Positions 1-11,822 of a stretch of DNA of 64,000 bases are shown one piece after another; the stretch's first letter is position 1, and the number at the start of each line of letters is the position of its first letter. Under the pieces are notes generated by a model that saw nothing but the letters and a program-made list of their open reading frames with translations, did not search any database and was not told the DNA's origin. Position numbers and translations under genes: made by a program. The DNA comes from Myxococcota bacterium (GTDB taxonomy: Bacteria > Myxococcota_A > UBA796 > UBA2385), in NCBI GenBank assembly GCA_044344255.1, contig JBIJDH010000002.1:320001-384000 (forward strand), given 5' to 3'.

Positions 1-242
1 CGGGCACGGTGATCCTCGGGGGCAGCGGGGAGCGGTCAGCGGGAGGGACGAGGTTTAGTCTCCAATACCCCGGCGTGTGGCCGTCGTCTTTGCCAGTCGT
101 TCGTCCACTTGTAACGAAGTGTAACGCTGGTCGGAGGCGTGACGCAGGCTCGTTCGGTCGCGCCGGTGCGCGGGGGCTGGCCCGAGGGATCGAGCGGCCG
201 GGCGGCGGACCTGGGGCTACACTTGGGACCTCGGAGGACGGA

Positions 243-1136
243 ATGGGGTCGAGACACGCAGCCGGTCAGCAGTCGCTCTTGCTGTGGGGGCTCCTCGGGC
301 TCCTCGGGCTCCCCGGCTGCTCGGGCAAGGGCGAGGGAGAGGACACGGGCGACAGCGCGCCCGCGCTCGGCCAATGGACCGACGTGGGGCTCGGCTCCGA
401 ACATAGCTGCGCGCTCAGCCGGGTGGGCGACGTCATCTGCTGGGGGAGCGCAGACCAGGAGCAGACCAAGGTCCCGCGGGGGCGGGAGTTCTCGGGGCTT
501 GGCGTCACGAGCACCTGGAATTGCGGCGTTGAACTCGACGGGGAGGCGGAGTGTTGGGGTGCGGTGCCCGACGAGGTCAACCGCAACGGCACCCCGGCGG
601 GCCCCCTCTCGGGGATCATCGGCGGCGCGGCTTCTCTCTGCGCGCTTGACGCCTCGGGGGCGGCGGTCTGTTGGGGCGGGCTCAGCGAGGGCTCCGCCGG
701 GCCCTACGAGCAGCTCGGGGCGGCCTCCGACGTCGCCTGCGGCCGCTCCTCGGCGGGCTCGCTCACCTGCTGGGGCAACCCCTCCTCGCCGTTGATGGAC
801 TTCCCGACGGGCACCTTCCAGGACTTCTCGATCTGGTCGACCCACGGCTGCGGGCTCCACGAAAACGGGAAGGTCGAGTGTTGGGGCTACGACGCGGATG
901 GCCGCCTCGACGCCCCGGACGCCGAGTTCACGCGGGTCGTGGTGGGGAGCAGCCAGAGCTGCGCCCTCGCGGCGAGCGGTGAGATGACCTGTTGGGGCAA
1001 GGCTGCCGCGCCCGTCGCCGGCGCCTGGTCGGAGATCGCCCTCGGCGTGTCTCATGGCTGCGGGGTCACCGCCGACAACGCGCTCTCCTGTTGGGGTACA
1101 AATTCCCACGGCGACACCGTCCCGCCGACCGAGTGA
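243..1136 (+). CDS. RCC1-like repeat (beta-propeller) lipoprotein
   Basis: Lipobox LPGC after a hydrophobic stretch; about 7 repeats of HxCxL...G.VxCWG. Start placed at ATG 243. Confidence 0.85.
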   Translation: MGSRHAAGQQSLLLWGLLGLLGLPGCSGKGEGEDTGDSAPALGQWTDVGLGSEHSCALSRVGDVICWGSADQEQTKVPRGREFSGLGVTSTWNCGVELDGEAECWGAVPDEVNRNGTPAGPLSGIIGGAASLCALDASGAAVCWGGLSEGSAGPYEQLGAASDVACGRSSAGSLTCWGNPSSPLMDFPTGTFQDFSIWSTHGCGLHENGKVECWGYDADGRLDAPDAEFTRVVVGSSQSCALAASGEMTCWGKAAAPVAGAWSEIALGVSHGCGVTADNALSCWGTNSHGDTVPPTE

Positions 1137-1183
1137 TCGGCTATCTACGCCCGCGACGTCCACCTGGGTTCGGAGCCCCCTGC

Positions 1184-1924
1184 ATGCGCCCCACCGTTGA
1201 ATTTCCGCCCCCCGCCGCGGCCTCCTCCGCGGGGCGCCCTTCGGCCCCCGTCTACGGGGCGCTCCTGGCCGTGATCCTCGGCGGGGGGTTGATCAACTCC
1301 CCTGCGGCCGTCGCCGCCAAGAAGGCGGCCGCCGCCAAGAAGAGCGAGGTCCCCACCGAGATCCTGCCCGGTGGGGCGCCCTCGCTCACCGACACTGTTG
1401 GCTACCTCACCCGCTCCGTCTCCCAATTTCCGAGCAAGGTCCGCCCGTGTAAAGCCGCTTCGACCTTGGAGATCAGCCCGGAGGGAGCGGTCAAGCTCAC
1501 CACCCTGCGGCAGACCTACTGTGAAGACAGCCTCGTGGTGGTCCACCTTCAGGACCTTGACGCCAGCACGGTGCGGACGGTGTGGACCCCCGCCCCGGCG
1601 CTGATCGTCGGCTGCAAGGCGGGGGCCACCTGTGCCACGGTCAGCGTCCGGCGGAAGTCGCTCACCCCCGCGGGGTGGATCCTGCGCGACACCGACTGGG
1701 TGCCCGGGGTGCTGGAGACGATGCCGGCGCGGCAGGCGCAGCTCGAGATCGCGCTCGACGCCGACGCCCACACCCAGGAGCGCCTCGCCAACGGCCTCCG
1801 CTACTTGATCACGACGGCCGCGGCGGCCCCGGAGTTCCAGCTCCCGGCGGATCCCTTTGTGACCGCACCGGTCGCCGCGAGTGAAGAGGTTGCGCCGGCC
1901 GAGCCGGGCGTCGCCGCTCCCTGA
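1184..1924 (+). CDS. Hypothetical secreted protein
   Basis: Hydrophobic segment LLAVILGGGLI, four Cys, coding-like GC3 bias; start uncertain. Confidence 0.6.
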   Translation: MRPTVEFPPPAAASSAGRPSAPVYGALLAVILGGGLINSPAAVAAKKAAAAKKSEVPTEILPGGAPSLTDTVGYLTRSVSQFPSKVRPCKAASTLEISPEGAVKLTTLRQTYCEDSLVVVHLQDLDASTVRTVWTPAPALIVGCKAGATCATVSVRRKSLTPAGWILRDTDWVPGVLETMPARQAQLEIALDADAHTQERLANGLRYLITTAAAAPEFQLPADPFVTAPVAASEEVAPAEPGVAAP

Positions 1925-1969
1925 GGGCCCTCGAAACACGAAGCTCCCGGGTGCGGCAGATCGGTGGGG

Positions 1970-2476
1970 TCAATCGCCGCGGCGGTCGCCCGTGCCCGGC
2001 GCCGGCTTCGGAGCTGCGGGGGGGTGGTTCTTTCGTCCGCCGCGACCGGTGACGCCGGCGATACGATCGAGGATGCCATTGACGAAGGACTTGCTCTCCT
2101 TGTCGCCGAAGCGCTTGGCGAGCTCGACGGCCTCGTTGATGCTGACGCTGGCTGGCACTTCGGGGCAGGTGAGCAGCTCGTAAGCGGCGAGTCGCAGGAT
2201 GTTTCGATCGACCACCGGCATGCGGACGAGGCGCCAGTTTTGGCTGGCACCCTCGATGAGGGGATCGACCTCGGCCCGCCGCTTCTCGACGCCGAGCACC
2301 AGCGACTCGGCGAATTCAATCTCATCGGGCTCGGCCGGGCGCGGCGCCTCGACCACCCCCTCCAGATCGAGCTGGCCGGCCCAGAGGGCGCGCAGGGCCT
2401 CCCGACCGGTGGTGCCGGCGAGGTCTACCTGAAAGAGGGCTTGGAGGGCGAATTCGCGAGCGCGGCGACGGGCCAT
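1970..2476 (-). CDS. nusB: Transcription antitermination factor NusB
   Basis: RRRAREFALQALFQ, DRNILRLA, INEAVELAKRFG, FVNGILD; follows ribH. Confidence 0.97.
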   Translation of the reverse strand: MARRRAREFALQALFQVDLAGTTGREALRALWAGQLDLEGVVEAPRPAEPDEIEFAESLVLGVEKRRAEVDPLIEGASQNWRLVRMPVVDRNILRLAAYELLTCPEVPASVSINEAVELAKRFGDKESKSFVNGILDRIAGVTGRGGRKNHPPAAPKPAPGTGDRRGD

Positions 2477-2477
2477 T

Positions 2478-2954
2478 TCAGCGGCCGCCCAGGTTCTGGA
2501 GGAGGCCGACCATCTCGAGGGCGGCGAGCGCGGCCTCTACGCCCTTGTTTCCCATCTTGGTGCCGGCCCGCTCGATGGCCTGCTCGATGCTCTCGGTGGT
2601 GAGCACGCCGAAGGTGACGGGGACGCCGGTGTCGAGCATCACGGAGGCGAGGCCCTTCGTGACCTCCCCGGCCACATAGTCGAAGTGGGGGGTGCCTCCG
2701 CGGATCACACAGCCGAGGCCGATGATGGCGTCGAACTGGCCCGACTTGGCGAGGCGGCTGACGATGAGGGGCATCTCGTAGGCGCCCGGCACCCAGACCA
2801 CCGTGGCGCGAGCCTCGATGTCGACGCCGTGGCGGCGCAGGCAGTCGAGGGCGCCGTCCAAGAGGCGGCTGGTGATCAGATCGTTGAAGCGGGAGACGAC
2901 GAGGGCAAAGCGGCCGCCGGTATCGGTCAGGCCAGCTTCGATGACACGAGGCAT
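2478..2954 (-). CDS. ribH: 6,7-dimethyl-8-ribityllumazine synthase
   Basis: [39 protein letters not shown]. Confidence 0.98.
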   Translation of the reverse strand: MPRVIEAGLTDTGGRFALVVSRFNDLITSRLLDGALDCLRRHGVDIEARATVVWVPGAYEMPLIVSRLAKSGQFDAIIGLGCVIRGGTPHFDYVAGEVTKGLASVMLDTGVPVTFGVLTTESIEQAIERAGTKMGNKGVEAALAALEMVGLLQNLGGR

Positions 2955-2992
2955 GAGGGCTCGCTGGGCTCAGAAGGGGAGGGGGCCCCGCG

Positions 2993-4240
2993 CTAAGAGG
3001 CGGAGGGCTCGGAGGGGACGGAGACCGCGGTCTCCGGGAGGATGTGGCCGAGGGAGACGCGCCGCTCGCGGAGGAAGGCCGCGTTCTGGGCGGAGGCCGG
3101 GACCGTGAGCGGCACCCGCTCGGAGACCTCGAGGCCGTAGCCCTCGAGCCCGACGATCTTCCGGGGGTTGTTGGTCATCAGACGCAGCCTGCGGACGCCG
3201 AGGTCGACCAGCATCTGCGCGCCCATACCCATCTCGCGGAGCTCTCCGCCGCCGGCGTCTCCGGCCTTGGCGTCGGTCACCCCGAGGTGCGAGCGGACGC
3301 GGGCGATGAGGGCCTCGCCCTGAGCCACCGCGCCGACGTGCATGTAGAGGAGGACGCCCCCCTCGTCTCGGATGCGCTCGAGCGCGACGTCGAGCTGCGC
3401 CCCGCAGTCACAGGTGAGCGAGCCGAAGACATCACCCGTCGGACAGAAGGCCTGGACACGCGTGAGCACGGGCTCGTCGGCCTGGAGCGGGCCCCGCCAG
3501 AGCGCGAGATGGAGGCTCCCGTCGGTGGCGGTGCGGTACAGCCGCGCCTCGAGGCCGTCGAGGCTGCGGGTGCGGAGAGGGGCGTCAACTACCCGCTCGA
3601 CGAGCACCTCGTGGCGCATCCGATAGCGGATGATGTCGGCGACCGTGACGACCCGGATCTGGTGCTTCTCGCCGAAGCGGAGCAGATCGGGGAGGCGGGA
3701 CATGGTCCCGTCGTCGTTCATGACCTCGCAGATCACGCCGGAGGGGTTGAGCCCGGCGAGGCGGGCGAGATCCACCGAGCCTTCGGTCTGCCCCGTGCGT
3801 ACGAGCACGCCGCCATCCCGCGCCCGCAGGGGGAAGACGTGGCCCGGGGTGACGAGGTCTTGCGGGCCCTTGGCGGGGTCGATCGCCACGCGGATGGTGT
3901 GGGCGCGATCCGCGGCGCTGATGCCGGTGCTCACGCCCTCTCGCGCCTCGATGGAGACGGTGAAGGCGGTGCCGTAGGGGCTCTGGTTGTTGGTGGCCAT
4001 CATCGGGAGCTGAAGGTGGCGCACCCGGTCGCCGAGCATCGAGAGGCAGATCAGGCCGCGGCCGTGAGTGGCCATGAAGTTGATGGCCTCTGGCGTGACC
4101 GCCTCGGCGGCCATCGTGAGATCGCCCTCATTCTCGCGGTCTTCGTCATCAACGAGGATGACCATTCGGCCGGCGCGGATGTCTTCGATCGCGTACTCGA
4201 CCCGCTTGATGGGGTCCGTGTCCAACACCACGAAGCTCAT
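2993..4240 (-). CDS. ribBA: DHBP synthase fused to a degenerate GTP cyclohydrolase II domain (RibBA/RibBX-like)
   Basis: [35 protein letters not shown]-terminal [14 protein letters not shown] and TNNPRK. ATG at 4240 with upstream GGAG. Confidence 0.93.
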   Translation of the reverse strand: MSFVVLDTDPIKRVEYAIEDIRAGRMVILVDDEDRENEGDLTMAAEAVTPEAINFMATHGRGLICLSMLGDRVRHLQLPMMATNNQSPYGTAFTVSIEAREGVSTGISAADRAHTIRVAIDPAKGPQDLVTPGHVFPLRARDGGVLVRTGQTEGSVDLARLAGLNPSGVICEVMNDDGTMSRLPDLLRFGEKHQIRVVTVADIIRYRMRHEVLVERVVDAPLRTRSLDGLEARLYRTATDGSLHLALWRGPLQADEPVLTRVQAFCPTGDVFGSLTCDCGAQLDVALERIRDEGGVLLYMHVGAVAQGEALIARVRSHLGVTDAKAGDAGGGELREMGMGAQMLVDLGVRRLRLMTNNPRKIVGLEGYGLEVSERVPLTVPASAQNAAFLRERRVSLGHILPETAVSVPSEPSAS

Positions 4241-4278
4241 GATCTTGTCTCTCCTGTGCTGGATCCAGCTGCACCCGA

Positions 4279-5010
4279 TCAACCGCCGCCCGACCTGGAT
4301 GGCGCGCGGCCGTATCCGAGGTCACGCAGGCGCGCCTCCGTCAGCGAGGCGCTCGGGTGCGCGCTGGGGCTGCTGTCGTCGCCGCCCCCCATCAGGCGCT
4401 CCACGTAACGAGCGAGGGTGTCGACCTCCAGGTTCACCGAATCCCCAGCGCGGCGCTCGCCCAGGGTGGTGTGGCCGGCTGTGAAGGGGATGATGTTGAT
4501 CCGGAAGCTCGTGCCGCGGACCTCGTTGACCGTCAGGCTCACCCCGTCCACGGTGATCGAGCCCTTGCGGGCGATGTACCGGCACAGCGCCGCGCCCGCG
4601 TCGATCTCGATGATCACGCTCTCGCTCGCAGGGGTGATCCGCTCCACGCGGCCGAGACCATCGACGTGACCGCTGACGAGGTGCCCGTCGAGGCGGTCTC
4701 CCATGCGGAGCGCCCGCTCGAGGTGCACCTTCGCGCCGATCGACAGCGTACCGAGGGTGGTCAAGGAGAGGGTCTCGGCGCCGGCGACCACGGTGAAGGT
4801 GGAGGGCGGAGAGAGGGCCTCGACGGTGAGGCAGGCCCCCATCACCGCGATGGAGTCGCCGAGGCCGATCCGCTCGCGATCGGCGGTGCCGATGCCCGCC
4901 GCCCCGGCCGGCGCGACCGAGAGCCGGGTGCGAATGTCGATGGCTCGCCCCGATCCGCGGGGTCTTACGCCGACGATGTGGCCGATGTCCTCGATGATCC
5001 CGCTGAACAT
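4279..5010 (-). CDS. ribE: Riboflavin synthase
   Basis: [36 protein letters not shown]. Confidence 0.97.
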   Translation of the reverse strand: MFSGIIEDIGHIVGVRPRGSGRAIDIRTRLSVAPAGAAGIGTADRERIGLGDSIAVMGACLTVEALSPPSTFTVVAGAETLSLTTLGTLSIGAKVHLERALRMGDRLDGHLVSGHVDGLGRVERITPASESVIIEIDAGAALCRYIARKGSITVDGVSLTVNEVRGTSFRINIIPFTAGHTTLGERRAGDSVNLEVDTLARYVERLMGGGDDSSPSAHPSASLTEARLRDLGYGRAPSRSGGG

Positions 5011-6114
5011 TCAGGGCTCCAGGACGAGCTCGAGGTCATCGCCCCGCCGATGCAGGTCGATGAAGCGGAGGCGCGGCGCCTCGGCGAGGGCGAAGGGCGG
5101 GCCGCCGAGCCAGCCGGGGCCGCCCACGAGCAGCTTCGGAGAGAGGAAGAGGTGCACCCGATCGACGAGGCCGGCGGAGAGGAAGCTGCGGTGCACCGCG
5201 CCGCCGCCCTCGACGAGGAGGTTGTGGACGCCGCGCGCGAGCAGGCCGCGCATCAGCTCGTCGAGGTCGAGGCCGCCGGGACCGGCGCGCACGCGCAGCA
5301 GATCGGCGGGCAGCGCGGGGTCGATGGCGCCTTCCCCACAGACGATGAGGGGGCGGCGGCCCGCGCCGAACACCCGAGCGGAGGGGGGCACGCGGAGGTC
5401 GCGGTCGAGCAGGACGGGCAACGCGTCTCGGCCGCCGGAGATGCGGGTGTTGAGCGAAGGATCATCGGCGAGCAGGGTGCCCGTGCCCACAAGGACGGCG
5501 TCGTTCTGGTCGCGGAGGCGATGGCCCGCCTCGCGCGCCTCGGGGCCGGTGATCCAGCGGCTCTCGCCGGCGGCGGAGGCGATACGACCATCGAGGGTGG
5601 CGGCGGCCTTGAGGGTCACGAAGGGGCGGTGCAGCTCCTTGGCTCGGAGGTAGGCCACGTTGAGGGCCCGGCAGTCCGCGCCGCCCAGGCCCACCTCGAC
5701 CTCTATGCCGGCCTCGCGCAGGATCTCGATGCCCCGGCCGCGCATCCGCTCATCGGGATCGACCATGCCCACCACCACCCGCTGGACGCCGCTGCGCAGG
5801 AGCGCGTCCGTACAAGGGGGGGTGCGTCCGTGGTGGCAGCAGGGCTCGAGGTTCACGTACATCGTGGCCCCGGGCGCCCGCCCGCCGACGGCGCGGAGCG
5901 CGTCGACCTCGGCGTGGGCAGCGCCGGGCGCGCGGTGCCAGCCTTCGGCGATCACCCGCCCAGACTGGACGATCACCGCGCCCACCATCGGATTCGGGGC
6001 GGTCCGGCCGCGCGCCCGGGCGGCCAGCGCCAGGGCCTGAGCCATGTAGCGGGCCGTATCGGGCTCGCGCGGAGCGGCCTGGGGCGCCGGATCAGAGGTG
6101 AGGGGGCCGCTCAT
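5011..6114 (-). CDS. ribD: Bifunctional pyrimidine deaminase/reductase RibD
   Basis: PNPMVGAV, HAEVDAL, LEPCCHHGRTPPC, LDGRIA, EGGG; ATG overlaps nrdR stop (ATGA). Confidence 0.96.
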   Translation of the reverse strand: MSGPLTSDPAPQAAPREPDTARYMAQALALAARARGRTAPNPMVGAVIVQSGRVIAEGWHRAPGAAHAEVDALRAVGGRAPGATMYVNLEPCCHHGRTPPCTDALLRSGVQRVVVGMVDPDERMRGRGIEILREAGIEVEVGLGGADCRALNVAYLRAKELHRPFVTLKAAATLDGRIASAAGESRWITGPEAREAGHRLRDQNDAVLVGTGTLLADDPSLNTRISGGRDALPVLLDRDLRVPPSARVFGAGRRPLIVCGEGAIDPALPADLLRVRAGPGGLDLDELMRGLLARGVHNLLVEGGGAVHRSFLSAGLVDRVHLFLSPKLLVGGPGWLGGPPFALAEAPRLRFIDLHRRGDDLELVLEP

Positions 6115-6581
6115 CCGCGCTGCGGCCCAGGAGCCGCCTCCGCGAGCCAAGGCTGGAGCAAGGTCAGGAACTCGTCGGGTGAGCCCACCTCCTGATAGAC
6201 GCTGGCGAAGCGCAGCCAGGCGACACGGTCCAGGAGCTGCAGCTCGCGGAGCACGAGGCGGCCAATCTCTGCAGCGTGGACCTCGGGCTGGGTGCCGGCC
6301 AGCAGCGCCTGCTCGACCCGATCGGCCGCGACCTCAATCTGGTCGGCCGAGACAGGGCGCTTCCGGCAGGCGAGCTGGAGGCCGCCGAGGACCTTGTCCC
6401 GGTTGAAGGGCTCGCGCGAGCTGTCCTTCTTGACGATCAGCAGGGGCCGCTGCTCGACGCGCTCATGGGTGGTGAAGCGGAAGGAGCAGACGAGGCACTG
6501 GCGCCGCCGCCGGATGCCATCTCCCGACTGTCGGGTGTCGAGCACCCGCGTCTCCGGGTGATGGCATTGGGGACAATTCAC
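6111..6581 (-). CDS. nrdR: Transcriptional repressor NrdR
   Basis: CPQC...[19 protein letters not shown]-cone, RFASVY. Confidence 0.97.
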   Translation of the reverse strand: MNCPQCHHPETRVLDTRQSGDGIRRRRQCLVCSFRFTTHERVEQRPLLIVKKDSSREPFNRDKVLGGLQLACRKRPVSADQIEVAADRVEQALLAGTQPEVHAAEIGRLVLRELQLLDRVAWLRFASVYQEVGSPDEFLTLLQPWLAEAAPGPQRG

Positions 6582-7894
6582 GCCGAGGGCCCTGCGAGCT
6601 CGGCGCCGTGGCTGGGGAGGCTGGCCTCGCCGAGCTCGGGATAGAGCGGGAAGCGGCGGCAGAGCTCGGTCACCGACACCCGAACCCGAGCCTGGATCGC
6701 CTTGTCCGCCGGGGCGCGGAGGATGTCGGCCATCCAGTCGGCGATCTGAGCGGCCTCGGCCGTGCCCATCCCGCGCGTGGTCATCGCCGGGGTGCCGACC
6801 CGCACGCCGGAGGTGACCATCGGCGGCCGCTTCTCTCCGGGGACAGTGTTCTTGTTGACGGTGATGCCCACCGCGCCGAGGGCCTGCTCGCCCTCCTTGC
6901 CGCTCACCGGCTCGTTGGAGAGATCGATGAGCATGAGGTGGTTGTCGGTGCCGCCGCTCACGAGCGACAGGCCGCGCGCCATCAGCCGGTCGGCCATCGC
7001 GCGGGCGTTGTCGATCACCGCCTGCTGGTAGACCCGGAAGGACGGCTGCAGCGCCTCCTTGAACGCGACCGCCTTGGCGGCGATCACGTGCATCAGCGGG
7101 CCACCCTGGGTCCCGGGGAAGACCGCGGAGTTGATGCTCTTCATCCGGTCGCGCTCGGCGAGGATCATGCCGCCGCGAGGGCCGCGCAGCGTCTTGTGCG
7201 TCGTCGTGGTGACGATGTGGCAGTGCGGGAAGGGGTTCGGGTGCAGGCCGGCGACCACGAGGCCGGCGATGTGAGCGATGTCGGCCATCAGCACGGCGCC
7301 GACCTCGTCGGCGATCGCGCGGAAGGCTGCGAAGTCGATCAGGCGGGGGTAGGCGCTGGCGCCACAGACGATGAGCTTCGGTCGCTCGCGCAGGGTGAGC
7401 GCGCGCACCTCGTCCATGTCGATGCGGCCGTCGGCCTTCACGTGGTAGTGAACCGGCCGGTAGAGCAGGCCTGAGCTGTTGACCGGAGAGCCGTGGGTGA
7501 GGTGGCCGCCGTTGGAGAGGTCCAAGCCGAGGAAGGTGTCGCCCGGCTTCAGAACCGAGAGAAAAGCGGCGGAATTCGCCTGGGCACCCGCGTGCGGCTG
7601 GACGTTGACCCCGATGTCGAAGCCCGGGACGTCGAAGAGCTGGCGGGCGCGGTCCCGGGCGAGCCGCTCGACGACGTCCACGTGCTCGCAGCCGCCGTAG
7701 TAGCGGGCGCCGGGGAGCCCCTCGGCGTACTTGTTGGTGAGCGGAGATCCGAGGGCCTCGATCACGGCCAATGAGGCGTGGTTCTCGGAGGCGATGAGCT
7801 CGAGGTCGAGCTGTTGGCGCCCGATCTCGGCCATCATCGCGGCGAGGACTTCGGGATCGGCGGCGGAGAGGTGGGGGTAGAGGTGAGGGGACAG
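6578..7894 (-). CDS. glyA: Serine hydroxymethyltransferase (probable CTG start at 7894; first ATG at 7837)
   Basis: [35 protein letters not shown]; the conserved DPEV segment lies upstream of the first ATG. Confidence 0.95.
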   Translation of the reverse strand: MSPHLYPHLSAADPEVLAAMMAEIGRQQLDLELIASENHASLAVIEALGSPLTNKYAEGLPGARYYGGCEHVDVVERLARDRARQLFDVPGFDIGVNVQPHAGAQANSAAFLSVLKPGDTFLGLDLSNGGHLTHGSPVNSSGLLYRPVHYHVKADGRIDMDEVRALTLRERPKLIVCGASAYPRLIDFAAFRAIADEVGAVLMADIAHIAGLVVAGLHPNPFPHCHIVTTTTHKTLRGPRGGMILAERDRMKSINSAVFPGTQGGPLMHVIAAKAVAFKEALQPSFRVYQQAVIDNARAMADRLMARGLSLVSGGTDNHLMLIDLSNEPVSGKEGEQALGAVGITVNKNTVPGEKRPPMVTSGVRVGTPAMTTRGMGTAEAAQIADWMADILRAPADKAIQARVRVSVTELCRRFPLYPELGEASLPSHGAELAGPSA

Positions 7895-7911
7895 GGGCTC
7901 TCCCGGCGCCT

Positions 7912-8355
7912 TCAGCGCGGACGATCGAGGTTGGTGAGGAGGTCTACCCTGCGTTGGTGGCGGCCACCCTCGAAGGTGGAGTCGAGCCAGGCCGAGACGA
8001 TGTCCTGGGCGAGGCCGGCCCCGACGACCCGTTGTCCGAGGCAGAGCACGTTGGCGGCGTTGTGCAGCCGGGCCATTCGGGCGGAGAAGGTGTCCGAGAC
8101 CACCGCGGCGCGGATGCCCGCCATCTTGTTCGCCGCGATGCTCATCCCCACGCCGGTGCCGCAGCAGAGCAGCCCCCAGTCGGCCTGCCCTTCGGTGATG
8201 GCGCTCGCTACGTCCGCCGCGAAGGCGGGATAGTCGCAGCTCTCGGCCGTGTGGGTGCCCACGTCCTGCACGACGTGGCCCAGCACCCGCAGGTGCTCGA
8301 CGAGGATCCCCTTCAGCTCGAGGCCGGCGTGATCACTTCCCGCGACGATGCGCAT
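7912..8355 (-). CDS. rpiB: Ribose-5-phosphate isomerase B
   Basis: [32 protein letters not shown]. Confidence 0.97.
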   Translation of the reverse strand: MRIVAGSDHAGLELKGILVEHLRVLGHVVQDVGTHTAESCDYPAFAADVASAITEGQADWGLLCCGTGVGMSIAANKMAGIRAAVVSDTFSARMARLHNAANVLCLGQRVVGAGLAQDIVSAWLDSTFEGGRHQRRVDLLTNLDRPR

Positions 8356-8377
8356 CGAGGCCTCCAGGGCGTGCAGC

Positions 8378-9619
<1,242 letters not shown>

Positions 9620-9638
9620 GCGGTACCCCCGCCCAGCC

Positions 9639-9884
9639 TCAGCGGCGGACGTGCTCCTTGATGTAGTCCACGGCGTCTGCGACGGTCGTGATCTTCTCGG
9701 CGTCTTCGTCCGGGATCTCGATGTCGAAGGCCTTCTCGATGGTCATGACCAGCTCGACGATGTCGAGGCTGTCCGCCCCGAGGTCGTCGATGAAGGAAGA
9801 GCTGAGCTCAATCTCACTTCGGTTGGCGCTGAGGCTCTCCGAGATGATGTCGAAGACCTTGCTCTGGATGTCCTGATCGGTCAT
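9639..9884 (-). CDS. acpP: Acyl carrier protein
   Basis: [27 protein letters not shown]. Confidence 0.98.
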   Translation of the reverse strand: MTDQDIQSKVFDIISESLSANRSEIELSSSFIDDLGADSLDIVELVMTIEKAFDIEIPDEDAEKITTVADAVDYIKEHVRR

Positions 9885-10007
9885 GGCGGCTCCAAACAAC
9901 GGGGCAGGTGCGCACCGGGGATGCGTAACGAGGGGCGAGGTCCCGCGCAGGCGGATCCCACCATCCCAAGGTACGAACACCCGGGGATGGGGCGGCGCGG
10001 CGGCCGA

Positions 10008-10223
10008 CTACGGGACCTGTTCGATCTCGCCAGAGGGCTCGGCGGCAGGGGCCGCGGCGGGGGCGCTGTTGCGGTACACGCCGCAGGCCGGGCAGGCGCG
10101 GTGCATCAGCTTCAGCTCGCCGCAGGCGGGGCAGAGCATCGTGGCCGCAGTGGCCTTGATCGCGTCGTGCGAACGGCGCATGCCCTTGACGCTCTTCGAG
10201 GTTCGTTTCTTGGGAACTGGCAT
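10008..10223 (-). CDS. rpmF: 50S ribosomal protein L32 (Zn-ribbon type)
   Basis: MPVPKKRTSK...MRRSH, CPAC...HRACPACGVY. Confidence 0.96.
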   Translation of the reverse strand: MPVPKKRTSKSVKGMRRSHDAIKATAATMLCPACGELKLMHRACPACGVYRNSAPAAAPAAEPSGEIEQVP

Positions 10224-10267
10224 GACACATCCATCGGGGGAGGGTGGAGGGTTTGGATCGGCCGGGT

Positions 10268-10807
10268 CTATTTCGGCAGACGGATTCCGGCGAAGGGAGA
10301 GAAGGGATGGCTGTCCACCGCCTCGGCGGGGAGCACACAGGGGCCGGGCTCGGCCGTGGCCCCTGGGGAGTCGCAGGTGACCCGAGCGGGGGCCATCAGG
10401 GCGTATTGTTCGGAGACGACCTGCTCGACGTCGATGGCCTGACCATCGAACCAACCCATGTCGAGGTCAGCAGGGGTGAGCTCAATCGCGTCTTCGTCTT
10501 CCGGATCGGGCGAGCGGCGGCGCTCGGTGGCGCCCTCGACCTCGTTCGGGAAATATCGGAGCTCGACGTCGCCATCGACCGCCACCTGCACGGAGCGTTG
10601 ACAGCGGTCACAAGGGCGATGGAAGGAGGCCGAGGCCTCCCCGGTCACCTTGACGGACTGGCCGATCCGCTCGATCAGCAGCTGCATGGCCAGCGTATCG
10701 GGAGCGGCGTCGAAGGCCGAATTCGCGGCTTCACGGGCCCAGCGGTCGGAGAGTCCGACCTTGAGCTCGAAGCCGTCGCGGGGGATTTGGTCGAGGGTGA
10801 TGCGCAT
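10268..10807 (-). CDS. yceD: DUF177/YceD family protein
   Basis: CDRC motif, C-terminal PFA.I.L, immediately upstream of rpmF. Confidence 0.9.
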   Translation of the reverse strand: MRITLDQIPRDGFELKVGLSDRWAREAANSAFDAAPDTLAMQLLIERIGQSVKVTGEASASFHRPCDRCQRSVQVAVDGDVELRYFPNEVEGATERRRSPDPEDEDAIELTPADLDMGWFDGQAIDVEQVVSEQYALMAPARVTCDSPGATAEPGPCVLPAEAVDSHPFSPFAGIRLPK

Positions 10808-10829
10808 GCGAACCTGGAGGCCGGCGCCG

Positions 10830-11822
10830 CTATCCGAGCAGCGGCGCCGGCGCCAACTCCACGTGCGCGCAGGCGCGGTCACAGGCGCGGATGGCCGCGA
10901 GGTGGGGGGAGGCCGCTTCACGCCATCGGGCCGAAGCGTCGCGGCCGACCGGGCCGAAATCGGGCTTGAAGGGACAGCTCCGAATCGCCCCGTTCGCTGT
11001 GATCTCCAGGCGTTGCCCGCCGACCGGGCAAGGCTGAAGGCGGCGGCGAGCGGGGGCGGCGGCGCGGGGCATGCCGGGCAGGCCGTCGGCGTGGGCGCGC
11101 ATCACCTTGAGCTCGGAGAAGGTGGCGGCGGGGGTCCGCTGAAAGGGGCCCGACTCAAGCGCAAGGGTGCCCAGGACGGCGTCATCGTCGGGGATGGCCC
11201 CGGCCTTCCAGGGCGCCACCACACGGAAGCCATCGGCCCCCACCTGCCGGGCCCAGCCGACCACCGCCCGGGCCTCGCGGTTGGCCTGGCCCTGCCAGGG
11301 GAGGTCGATCTCCACGTCGAGGGGCGCGCCGCGGTCCTTGCGGGCGAAGATGAAGGAGAGCACCGCGGTGGTGGCGTCGACCGCCGAATTGCCGACGACG
11401 TCGCGCTGCACTTCGTCAGAGACCCCGCCGACGAGCACGCGCACCCGCGCGAGGCCGCGATCGATGAGCTGCTCGGCCCGTGGTGTGTCGATCCCGGTGC
11501 CGTCGGTCACGAGGGTCACCTCACACTCCAGGCGGTGCGCGAAGCGGATCAGCTCCTCGAGCTCGTCGGTGGCGCCGGAGCGGAGGGCGTAGATCGTCAC
11601 CGGGAGGGGGCCGAGCCAGTCCACCATGCTGACGAGCGCCCGGCGCCAGTCCGAAGGAGAGTGCGCGCCGTGCGCGCCGAGGGAGCCTGGGAGGTCTCCG
11701 TCGTCCAGGCGGAGGACGAGGCGGGCGGGGCGGACGGTGTTGGCAGCCCGCCCTCCGCAGCGGGCGGACAGGCGCCGCCAAGCAGCGCGGAGCTTCGCGA
11801 TCCCCTGTTCCAGCTCTCTCAT
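10830..11822 (-). CDS. Degenerate radical-SAM-fold protein with C-terminal Twitch/SPASM-like Cys cluster
   Basis: VTLVTDGTGI...LIDRGLARVRVLVGG...VVG parallels the rSAM TNG/SlDG/RG motifs; C-terminal CPVG...ITANGAIRSCPF...CDRAC; no CxxxCxxC. Confidence 0.7.
   Translation of the reverse strand: MRELEQGIAKLRAAWRRLSARCGGRAANTVRPARLVLRLDDGDLPGSLGAHGAHSPSDWRRALVSMVDWLGPLPVTIYALRSGATDELEELIRFAHRLECEVTLVTDGTGIDTPRAEQLIDRGLARVRVLVGGVSDEVQRDVVGNSAVDATTAVLSFIFARKDRGAPLDVEIDLPWQGQANREARAVVGWARQVGADGFRVVAPWKAGAIPDDDAVLGTLALESGPFQRTPAATFSELKVMRAHADGLPGMPRAAAPARRRLQPCPVGGQRLEITANGAIRSCPFKPDFGPVGRDASARWREAASPHLAAIRACDRACAHVELAPAPLLG

Noticed and set aside
4241..6200. FMN riboswitch for the rib genes
   Set aside because: The genes abut or overlap inside a larger operon; no space or RFN motif seen.
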